A DNA stretch of 64,000 nt, taken from the NCBI RefSeq assembly GCF_963921235.1, contig NC_086097.1, forward strand, positions 70,620,001 to 70,684,000, given 5' to 3'. Below are positions 34,700-45,889 of the stretch, one piece after another. A model generated the notes under the pieces. The model worked only from the letters and a program-made list of their open reading frames with translations, was not told the origin of the DNA and made no database searches. Each line of letters starts with the position of its first letter. Within the stretch, counting starts at the first letter, position 1. The translations under genes were made by a program, and so were the position numbers. Source of the stretch: Mobula hypostoma (Eukaryota).

Positions 34700-36131
34700 C
34701 TTAGAAACATAGAAACATAGAAAATCTACAGCACAATACAGGCCCTTCGGCCCACAAAGTTGTGCCGAACATGTCCCTACCTTAGAAATTTACTAGGCTT
34801 ACCAATAGCCCTCTAGTTTTCTGAGCTCCATGTACTTATCGAAAAGTCTCTTAAAAGACCCTATCGTATCTGCCTCCACCACCGTTGCCGGCTGCCCATT
34901 CCACGCACTCACCACTGTCTGCGTAAAAAACTTACCCCTGACATCTCTTCTGTACCTGCTCCCAAGCATCTTAAACCTATGTCCTCTTATGGCAACCATT
35001 TCAGCCCTGGGAAAAAGCCTCTGACTATCCACACGATCAATGCCTCTCATCATCTTATACACCTCTATCAGGTCACCTCTCATCCTCCACCACTCCAAGG
35101 AGAAAAGGCCAAGTTCAGTCAATCTATCCTCATAAGGCATGCTGCCCAATTCAGGCAGCATTCTTCTAAATCTCCTCTGCACACTTTCTATGATTTCCAC
35201 ATCGTTCATGTAGTGAGGCGACCAGAACTGAGCACAATGCTCCAAGTGTGGTCTGACCAGGGTCCTATATAGCTGCAACATTACCTCTCGGCTCCTAAAT
35301 TCAATTCCACGATTGATGAAGGCCAATACACCATATGCCACTGTGGTAAACCATATATATATGCTGTAACTTGGTTACCTGTCTGGACACACCCCTCTGC
35401 TGACTACCCCTGTGGCTCCTCCCACTGAGTCCTGTATAAAGGTATTCGCCTTGCCCCTCCCCTCAGTCCGGGGGCAGACACTCACTGTGGAGGTCGTATT
35501 GTACAGCGAATAAAAGCCTTTCAGTATTTTACCAAACCTCAGTCTTTTGGAGTAATTGAAGGTGCTTCAATTTTATTCGCTGTACAATACGACCTCCACA
35601 GTGAGTGTCTGCCCCCGGACTGAGGGGGAGGGGCAAGGCGAACACCTTTATACAGGACTCTGTGGGAGGAGCCACAGGGGCAGTCAGCAGAGGGGTGTGT
35701 CCAGACAGGTAACCGAGTTACAACATATATACATGGTTTACCACAGCCACCTTAACCACAGAGTCAACCCGTGCAACTGCTTTGAGTGTCCTATGGACTC
35801 GGATCCCAAGATCTCTCTGATCCTCCACACTGCCAAGAGTCTTACCATTAATAATATATTCTGCAATCATATTTGACCTACCAAAATGAACCACTTCACA
35901 CTTATCTGGGTTGAACTCCATCTGCCACTTCTCAGCCCAGTTTTACATCCTATCAATGTCCCACTGTAACCTCTGACAGCCCTCCACACTATCCACAACA
36001 CCTCCAACCTTTGTGGCATCAGCAAACTTACTAACCCATCCCTCCACTTCCTCATCCAGGTCATTTATAAAAATCACGAGGAGTGAGGGTCCCAGAACAG
36101 ATCCTTGAGACACACCACTGGTCACCGACTT
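34700..36131 (-). mobile_element. CR1 LINE 3' portion, interrupted by a fold-back element
   Basis: ORFs TSGVSQGSVLGP..KFADATK, MEFNPDKCEVVHFG, YRTLVRPHLEHCAQFWSP..FFTQTVVSAWN; (tttctatg)n tail at about 34702-34722. Confidence 0.93.
35342..35745. mobile_element. LTR-derived fold-back element (LTR-like unit plus inverted 5' copy) with 5-bp TSD
   Basis: TSD gccac at 35337-35341 and 35746-35750; ends tgtgg...ccaca; arms 35342-35515 and 35571-35745 are near-perfect reverse complements around a 55-bp spacer; tataaa and aataaa within the arm. Confidence 0.88.
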
Positions 36132-37666
36132 CTTAGTCCTATCTTCAATTTGAAGATATACTTCTTTTTAAGAACTGCAAATATGTTGGATTCATATGCT
36201 GCCATTAACAGTAAAAAATATATTGTTCTAATTACTGACAAAATTTACATTAAAGCAGCATGAAATCGATTTTTCATTCATGTACAGTATATTCAGTGGT
36301 AATTCATAAGATTTTTACATGGGGTCCAGCAATTAGTGTGAACCGGCAGGAGGTGTAATACTGTGGACTTTCTCCAAAAAGCTTTTGTAACATCTGCACC
36401 AAGTTTCAATGAGTTCCTCAGCAAGTAATCTTTCCAGCTGTAACACTGACTCAGGGACAAACTCGTTCAAGGATACAAATTTCAGGTGGACTAGTGGCGC
36501 CTTTCGTAGGGCTGATTAATTTGTCTCAGCGTGGGAATAACTTAGGTTCTGTGTTTCAAAGCTATACAGTCAACCGTGACTCTATAAAACCATCTTGGCA
36601 ATGCACTTTCCAGAAATAAATGGATGGTCACCTCATCCCCACCTTGAGAGCAGTGTGTGATGTTGCCGAGAGTATAGCTATGCAAAAATAAGATCACTTC
36701 TTAACATCAGCAAAGTCATGGTGTTTGCTTGGAAGTTTTAGTAATGATGCGTTCTGTCAAATGACTGGCAGACTATTTGGGGAGCCATTTAATAAGATCC
36801 ACCAACTCGTTTTGCCTCATGGTTTGAGGATATTTTATGTGGACTATTTCCTAATCGAGTTGTGGTCAGAGGTGTTCTTCTGCACAATTTGTTCTTTGAA
36901 GGACAGGTCCAGCTTTGAGAGACATTCCATTGCAATGTGGCCAGAGGCACAAGGACACCACCTATAGCTTCCCTCCAATTCACACACCATCTGCAACTGG
37001 AAATATGTTGCCATTGTTTTATCAATACCATACCTCAATCCTGGAACACCCTCCCCAGCTACATCATGATCAGAAGCACCATAGTGGTTTAATTAGATGG
37101 ATCATCACTTTCCTCTCAGCGGCTTTTGGAGATGGGCAGTGAATTCTCACAGCCTGATAAATGATTACGTCGATTTAAAGGAGTGCTACCTGTTACCAGA
37201 CAGGTTTTAATGAATCTGTCTATCAGTTCCCTTAACAACAGAGACCCTACTCCATGTGCAAGGATCTACATTCAGTGAAGGAATTCTAAAAATGTTGCAT
37301 TATTTTCAGGATGAACAAGATCGTTGGATGGATGATAGTACTAACTACCAGAATACAGAGAAAATCTGATGCAATAGTCTGTAAAATGACTATCTTTAAA
37401 ATTAAATTGAATTACATTCTTTCACCAGTCTTTTACCACTGATTTCAACAACGCGATGAAATACACTATCAAAGTTTAAAGTCCATTATCAGCTATTTTT
37501 ATTCTCAGCGCCGTGTATATGAACAATCTATTACATAATTTCACAAAAGAGGTATCAATGTGTTTAAAAATTTAATCTTCCACTCATTAATACACAGATT
37601 CAGTTGCAGAATGAATGATATAATGAGTTAAGGAAAAATGCCATTAGATTTTTTTTGTCATTATCT

Positions 37667-40255
37667 AGAACATAGAACAATACAGCACAGTACAGGCTTT
37701 GGGCCCACAGTGTTGGTGTGCTGACCTTTTAACCTACTTCAAGATGAAACTAACCTTCCCCTCCCAAATAGCAGTTCATTTCTCTTTCATCCATGTGCCT
37801 ATCTGAGAGTCTCTTAAATGTCCCAAGTGTATCTATATCTACCACCATTCTTAAATGCATTCCATGCACTTAAAACACTGTGTAAAAAACCTACTTCTGA
37901 CATTCCCCTAATATTTCCCTCCAAATACTTTAAAAGTATGCCCTCTTATATTTGTCATTTCCTCCCTGTGAAAGAGATGCTGGCTGTCCACCTTATCTAT
38001 GCCTCTTATCATCTTACACAACACTATCATGTCACTTCTCATCCTCCTTCACTCCAAAATGAAAAACCTTAGCTTGCTCAACCTTTCCTTATAGGACATC
38101 CTCTCTAATCCTCTCTGTTAAATCTCCTTTGCACCCCTCTAAAGCTTCACCTCCTTCTTAAATGAGATGTCCAGAACTGAGTACAATACTCAAGTGTGGT
38201 CTAACCAGAGTTTTATAGATTTGCAAAATTATCTTGCAGATCTCGAACACAATCCCCCAGCTAATGAAGGCCAACACACCCTGTGCATTCTTAACCACCC
38301 TTTCAATTTGCATGGCAACTTTAAGGGATCAAAGGATGTGGATTCCAATATCCCTTTGTTCTTCCACACTTCAAAGAATCCTGTCATTAACTTTGTATCT
38401 GCCTTCAACTTCAACCTCCCAAAGTGTATCACTTCATACTTCTACAGATTGAACTTCATCTGCCATCTCTCAGCTCACCTCTGCATTCTATCAATAACCT
38501 ACTTGGTATTGTTATCTTTTGGAATTTTATTATACTTTAACATTGTATTAATGTTTATATGGCTTACCTTTTTTGTATACTTACTCAATAAAAAGATTTA
38601 AAAAGAAAAAAAAGAATAACCTACAACAACTTTCTACACTATTCAGAACGTTGAAAACCTTCATGTCATCTGCAAACTTACTAATCCACCCCTCTACATC
38701 TAAGTTATTTATAAAAATCAAAAGAGCAGGGGGCCCACAACAGATTCCTGCAGAACACCACAAGTCAGCACTGTCAGGCATAATACATTCCATCTACTAC
38801 CACCCTCTGCCTTCTGGGCAAGCTAATTCTGAATTCATGCAGCCCCAAGTTTCCCTGGATCCCATTCCTGTTGATTTTCTGAATGAGCCTACCATGGAAA
38901 ACCTTGATGAATGCCTTTCTAAAATCCATATACATGGCATTCACTGCTCTACCTGTCTACCTTCATCAACTTGTATTATTACTTTCTCGAAAAAGTCTAA
39001 GTCATGAGGCATGATCTGCCCTCACAAAGGCATGCAGACTATCTCTAGTCAGACTATGTTTCTCAAAACGCTTGTAAATCCTGTCTCTAAGGATCCCCTC
39101 CAATCGTTTTGAATGGTTTACCCATGACTGATGAATACTCACTGGTCTATAATTCCCAGGATTATCCCTATCACTTTTCTTGAGTAAAATGAACAACATT
39201 TGCCACCCCCAATCTCCTGTGGCCAATGAAGATGCAAAGATCATCACCAAAGGCATAGCAACCACTTTCCTTTCTTCCTGTAGTACCCTGGGATATATCT
39301 TGTCTGGCCCCAGAGACTTGTCTATCCCAATGTTTTTTAAAGGTTCCAGCACATCCTTTCTTTACCTTGACATTTTCCAGCATATTAGCCTGTTCTAAGC
39401 AAACTTCACATTCATCAGGGTCTCTCTCACTGGTGAATACTGATGCAAAATATTCATGAAGGACCTCCGTACCTCTTCCAACTCCAGGCATATTTTTTCT
39501 TCTTTTATCTTTGATTAGTCCTAACTTGACTCTGGTCATCCTCCAGTTCTTCACGCCCTGGGGTTTTCCTTAATCCACACCAAAGGCTTCTCACGAACCC
39601 TTCTAAATCTCCCATGTCCCTTCCTGGCTTCCTTATAACTCTCAAAAGCCCTATCTGATCTTTGCTTAAGTATGCTTCATTCATCCTCTTGGCTAAGTCT
39701 TCCATCTCTCCATGCTTCCTTCACACTACGATCCTTTCCCCGCCTCAGTGGGTCAAATCTATCTAAAATCCCATGCTCCCTAAACATCCTCCATATTTCC
39801 ATTATATGTTGCCCTGAGTACATTTCCCAGTTTACGCTCCCAAGTTCCTGCTTAATAGCATCGTAATTCCCCCTCCCCCAATTAAATCATCTCCCATTCC
39901 GTCTGCTCCTATCCCACTCCAGTCTATATTAAAGATCAGAGAATTGTGTTCACTGTTTCCGAAATGTTCACCCACTGAGAAATCTGTCACCTGACAAGGT
40001 TCATTGCCTAGTACCAGATCCAGTATGGCCTCTCTTCTAGTCAGCTTGTCCACATATCGTGCCAGAAAGTCTTCCTGGACACACATAACAAGCTCTGCCC
40101 CATCTAAAACTTCCACTAAAGAGTTGCCAATTAATATTAGAGAAGTTGGAATCACCCACGACAACAACCTGGCTAGTTTTTGTAACTTACCAAAGTCTGC
40201 CTTCCTATCTGTGTCTCTGTTGCTGCTGGGGATGGGGATCTATAGTCTACATCTT
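37667..40255 (-). mobile_element. CR1 LINE ORF2 and 3' UTR, degenerate
   Basis: REAILDLVLGNE, GPDKIYPRVL, PGNYRPVS, ISKFADDMK; (ttcta)-type tail near 37667-37680. Confidence 0.9.
38503..38614 (+). mobile_element. Severely 5'-truncated poly(A) retrotransposon (L1-like 3' end) with TSD
   Basis: aataaa at 38587 followed by an A-rich tail; 10-bp TSD aataacctac at 38493-38502 and 38615-38624. Confidence 0.75.
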
Positions 40256-40320
40256 ATGGAAATGTTTGTTTGATGATGAATTTCAATAAAAAATAAATTA
40301 CAAAAAAAGAAAAGAAATAA
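40256..40320 (+). mobile_element. L1-like poly(A) 3' tail fragment
   Basis: ...gatgaatttcaataaaaaataaattacaaaaaaagaaaagaaa; no TSD found. Confidence 0.5.
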
Positions 40321-43117
40321 GGTGGATGATCTTGTTGCACTATTATAGATTGCCAGGCATGATGTTGTGGCCATCACTGAATCATGGCTGTTTTTGGGAG
40401 CTGTATGTCCAAGGTTACATGTTATATCAGAGGGATAGGAAGATAGACAGCGGGTGTGGTGTGGCTCTCCTGGTTAAGAATGGCATCAAATCAGTAGAAA
40501 GATGTGACACAGGATCGGAAGATGTTGAATCCTTGTGATCTGAGCTAAGAAACTGCAAGGGTAAAAGGACGCTGATGACAATTATATACTGTATAGGCCT
40601 CCCAACAGTGACTGGGAGGTGGACCACAGGTTACAACAGGAAATAGAAAAGGTGAGTCAAAAGGGCAATGTTATGGTAGTCATTTTAACATGCAGGTCGA
40701 TTAGGAAAATTAGGTTGGTAATGGATTTCAAGAGACTGAGTTTGTTGAATGCCTAAGAGATGGCTTTTTAGAGCAGTTTGTCATGAGCCTACTAGGGGAT
40801 CAACTATACTGGATTGGGTGTTATGTAATGAATTGGAAGGCGATTAGAGAGCTTAAGGTAAAAGAACCCTTAGGAACCAGTGATCACAATATGATTGTGT
40901 TCAGCTTGAAATTTGATAAGGAGAAAGTAAATTATGATGTAGCAGTATTTCAGTGGAATAAGGGAAATTACAGTGGCATGAGAGAGGAGTTGGCCAAGGT
41001 TAATTGGAAGGAGCTGCTGGCAGGGATGTCAGCAGAGCAGCAATGGCATGCGTGTCTGGGAAAAAATGAGGAAGATGCAGGATATGTGTATTCCAAAAAT
41101 GAAGAAATACTCAAATGGTAAAATAGTACAACCATGGCTGACAAAGGAAGTCAAAGCTAATATAAAAACAAAAGAGAGGGCACACAACAAAGCAAAAATT
41201 AGTGGGAAGATAGAGGATTGGGAAGTTTTTAAAGACCTACAAAGAGCAACTAAGAAAATCATTAGAAGGGAGAAGATGAAATATGAAAGCAAGCTAGCAA
41301 ATAATACCAAAGTGGATAGTAAAAGTTTTTTCAAGTATGTTAAAAATAAAAGAGAAATGAGTGTGGATATAGGACCACAAGAAAATTAGGCAGGAGAAAT
41401 AATAATGGTGGACAAGGAGATGGCTGATGAACTAAATGAGTACTTTGCATCAGTCTTCACTAGCAGTATGCCTGATGTTGTAGTGTGTGAAGGAAGAGAA
41501 GTGGGTGCAGTTACTGTTACAAGAGAGAAGAAGCTCAAAAAGCTAAAAGACCTAAAGGTACATAAGTCACCCGGACCAGATGAACTGCACCCTAGGGTTC
41601 TTAAAGAGGTAGCGTTAGAGATTGTGGGTGGCATGAGAGATGATCTTTCAGTAATCGTTGGACTCTGGCATGGTGCCCGAGGACTGGAAAATTGCAAATG
41701 TTACTCCACTGTTTAAGAAAAGAGGAAGGCAACAGAAAGGAAATTGTAGACCAGTTAGCCTGACCTCAGTGGTTGGGAAGATGTTAGAGTCAATTAATAA
41801 GAATGAGGTGTTGAAGCACTTGGTGACGCAGGACAAAATAGTACAAAGTCAGCATGGTTTCTTCAGGGAAAATCCCACCTGACAAACCTGTTGGAATTCT
41901 TTGAGGAGATTACAAGTAGGATAGATAAAGGGGATGCAGTGGATGGTATATATTTGGACTTTCAGAAGGCCTTTGACAAGGTGTCACACATGAAGTTAAG
42001 AGCCCATGGTATTACAGGAAAGTTGCTAACATGGTTACTGCATTGGCTGATTGGTAGGAGGCAGTGAATGGGAATAAAAGGATCCTTTTTTGGTTGGCTG
42101 CCAGTGACTAGTGGTGTTCCACAGGGGTCGCTGTTGGGACCACTTCTTTTTATGCTGTACATAAATGATTTAGATGATAGGATAGATGGCTTTGTTGCCA
42201 AGTTTGCAGATGATACAAAGGTTGGCAGAGGGGCAGGCAGTATTGAGGAAACAGGTAGGATGCAGAAGGACTTAGATTAAGAGAATGGGCAAGAAAATGG
42301 CAAATGAAATACAATGTTGGGAAATGTATTGTCATGCACTTTGGTAGTAGAAATAAATGTGCAGACTATTTTCTAAATGGGGAGAAAATCCAAAAATCTG
42401 GGATGCAAAAGGACTTGGGAGTCCTTGTGCAGAACGCCCTGAAGGTTAGCTTGCAGGTCGAGTTGGTGGGGAGGAAGGCAAATGCCATGTTAGCATTCAT
42501 TTCAAGAGGTCTGGAATACAAGAGCAAGGATGTGATGCTGAGGCTTTATAAGTCACTGGTGAGGTCTCACCTTGAGTATTGTGAACAGTTTTAGGCCCCT
42601 TGTCTTAGAAAAGATGTGCTGGTATTGGAGATGGTCCAGAGGAGGTTCAGAAGAATGGTTCCAGGAATGAAAGGGTTATCATACGAGGAACGTTTGATGT
42701 CTCTGAGTCTCTACTCACTGGAATTCAGAAGGATGAGGGGGGATCTCATTGAAACCTTTCAAATGTTGAAAGGCCAAGACAGGGTAGATATGGAAAGGAT
42801 GTTTCCCATGGTGGGAGAGTCAAGACAGGAGGTCATAGCCTCAGGATAGAGGGGTCCCCTTTCAAAACAGAGATGTGGAGAAATTTCTTTAGCCAAAGAA
42901 TGGTGAATTTGTGGAATGTGTTGCCACATACAGCTGTGGAGGCCAGGTCGTTGGGTGTATTTAAGGCAGAGATTGATAGGTTCTTGATTGGACATGGCAT
43001 CGAATTACTGGGAACTGGGGTTGAGGAGGAGGAAAAAAAAGGGATCAGCCATGATCGAATGGCAGAGCAGACTTGATAGATGGCCTAATTCTGCTCCTAT
43101 ATCTTATGGTCTTATGT
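40321..43117 (+). mobile_element. CR1 LINE ORF2 (APE and RT), degenerate
   Basis: [81 protein letters not shown]; (tcttatgg) tail, same subfamily as 1-544. Confidence 0.93.
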
Positions 43118-44712
43118 ATGAAGCAAAGAGCTAAGAGGTTGATTGGTGAAAGAAACAGAAGGCCATGGAAGAAAGAAAAAAAGGTGGTGGGAAGGATACC
43201 AGAGGGAGGTGGTGGGCGGGCAAGGAGATAACATGAGAGATGGACAAAGGGATGAGAAATGGTGAAGGGGAGTGGTGGAGGTATTACTGGAAGTTTGAGA
43301 AATCGATGTTCATTCCATCAGGTTGGAGTTTATCCAAATGTGTTGTTCGGTCAATCTAACTGTGGCCTTAATACGACAGTGGAGGAGGCCATGGATGGAC
43401 ATATCGGAATGGGAATATGAAGTGGAATTAAAATGGGTGGCCACCGTGAGATCCTGCTTGTTCTGGCAGATGGAGTGTAGATGCTTAGTGAAGCGTCTCC
43501 CAATCTATGTAAGGTCTCACCAATATACAAGAGGCCACGCTGGGAACACCAAACACAGTGTATGACCCCAACAGACTCACGGGTGAAGTGTCACCTCACC
43601 TGGAAGGACGGTTTGAGGCCCTAAATGGTAGTGAGGGAGGTGGTGTAGGGGCAGGTGTAGCACTTGTTCTGCTTGCAAGGGTAAGTGCCAGGAGGGAGAT
43701 CAGTGGGGAGGGAACAAATGAACAGGGAGTCGCGTAGGGAGTGATCCCTGCGGAAAGCAGAAAGTGAGGGGGAGGGAAAGATGTGCTTGGTGGTGGGATC
43801 CATTTGGAGGTGGTGGATGATTTGGAAAATTATGTGCTGGACGTGGAGGTTGGTGGGGTGGCAGGTGAGGACAAGAGGAACCCTATCCCTGGTAGCGTGG
43901 CGGGAGGATGGGGTAAGAGCAGACGTGCATGAAATGGAAGAGGGCAGCGTTGATGTTGGAGGAAGGGAAGCCCCTTTCTTTGAAAAAGGATAATGTCTCC
44001 TTTATTCTAGAATGAAAGCCTCATCCATAGAGCAGATGTGGTGGGGATGGAGGAATTGAGAGAAGGAGATGGCATTTTTACAAGTAGTAGGGTGGGATGA
44101 TGTATAGTCCAGGTAGCTGTGAGCGTCCATTGGTTCATAATAGACATCAGAGGATAAGCTGTTTCCAGAGATAGAGACAGTGAAATCAAGAAAGGGAAGT
44201 GTCGGATTGTGGACCAGGTGAACTTGAGGGCAGGGTGGAAGTTGGAGATGAAGTGGATGAAACTGACGAGTCCGCAGGGGTGCAGAAAGCAGCGCCAAAG
44301 CAGTCATTGATGTAGCATAGGAAGAGTGTGGGACTGTCACCAGTGTAGGCTTGGAAAATGGGCTGTTCCACGTAGCCAACAAACAGGCAGGCATAGCTGG
44401 GACCCATGCGAGTTCCCGTGGCTACTCCTTTTGTTTGAAGGAAGTGGATGGATGGACCCAAAGGAGAAATTATTTGGAGTGAGGACAAGTTCTGCTAGGT
44501 GGAGGACAGTGGTAGTGGAGGGGAACTGGTTGCGTCTGGTGTCCAGAAAGAAACGGAGAGCTTTGAGGCCCTCCTGGTAGGAATGGAGGTGTATATGGAC
44601 TGGACATACACAGTAAAAATAAGGTAAAGGGGGTCAGGGAACTGGCCTGAGTTCCTCCAGCATTTTTGGGTGTTGCTCGGATTTCTAGCATCTGCAGATT
44701 TTCTCTTGTTTG
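43118..44712 (-). mobile_element. Penelope-like element (RT and GIY-YIG endonuclease), degenerate, with inverted pLTR piece at its 5' junction
   Basis: RT motifs LIFTVYVQSIYTSIP, FLQTKGVATGTRMGPSYACLF, FLCYINDCF, LPFLD, HSYLDYTSSHP; linker PGTYPCKQNKCYTC; GVIHCVWCSQRGLLYIGET (GIY-YIG) at about 43513-43569; pLTR-type sequence on the opposite strand at 44645-44712. Confidence 0.9.
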
Positions 44713-44930
44713 CCTTTTGTATAAGTGATATCTTTTCCAGAAGAGATCCCAATGATCTATAAATCCCTGTCCCCTGCACCAATTCTTCAGCAACACATTC
44801 ATCTGTCATATCATCCTGTTCTTACCCACATTGGTGTGTGGCACAGGTAGCAATCCTGGAAGTAAAACCCTTGAGGTCCTGCTTTTTAGCTTCGCCTATA
44901 GCTCCCTATATTTGCTCGTTTGGACCTCAT
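44713..44930 (-). mobile_element. CR1 ORF1 (SGNH esterase-like) remnant
   Basis: MNVLLKNWCRGQGFIDHWDLFWKRYHLYK; probably the 5' part of the CR1 at 37667-40255. Confidence 0.7.
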
Positions 44931-45889
44931 TTAACATAAACAATTCAATTTAATTTTTATAAAATAACAAGCTTGCTGAGATAGTAACAGAAGTGATTTC
45001 TTTCTTGTGATATATCCATTCCTTGAAATGGGGGAGAAGTCCTTTGTTATTACAGCCTAGCAGGCACAGACAAATCAGGTATCTCTATCACGTGTACAAA
45101 CAATACTGGGGTATTATACTGCTAGCTTCTGTTGTGATTGTCAAAGCAAAAACCAGTAAAGCAGATAGCTCCTAGTGAAAGGATTGTTTATAATAGATAA
45201 GTGTTTCGGTGCTTTGATAAGTGCAATATAGATTTACAGTCGTAAGGATTCATACTCTGCTTCACTGTCAAGCATATTCTTAAAGTGCCATGTTTCATTT
45301 CCACTTTCGGGGCTTAAAAGATGAAACTGACATAATTTCTCATCAGAATTATCAGATGAGCTCATCTTTTAGAATGTGAAGATTCCCATTTCATAATTTT
45401 TATTTTCAATAAGTTAGTAAAATTGCTGTGTTAGAGTATAACATTATTATCAACGAGATTTGCTTCAACTATTAACAATAAACATAGAAAAAGCTGTAAC
45501 ACTCATTTGGTCAAATGGCACTTGTGGAAAGGAAAATGAAGTTAGCATTTCCAGTTAAAGACCCTTCCAGACTGAACTGGGTGTGATAAATATATTAGCT
45601 TATATAACACTGAAGGTACCAAAAGTACAGGCACTTATTATAACCACACACAATAGTAGAATTCTGTCAATTGTGTCATTACTGAATTAGAAATTTAATA
45701 TAAAGGGAATGATTATTGAAACCTACTTGAATTTTATGCTTGATTTAGGAATACGCTTACCAATATAATAATCGCTTACAAATAATTTTCCTAAATATAA
45801 CAGGATATTAAAAAAAACTTCACAAATTTCACATCATATGCCGGTGATAATAAATCTGATTCTAGTTATAATTCTGATTCTGATTCAAA

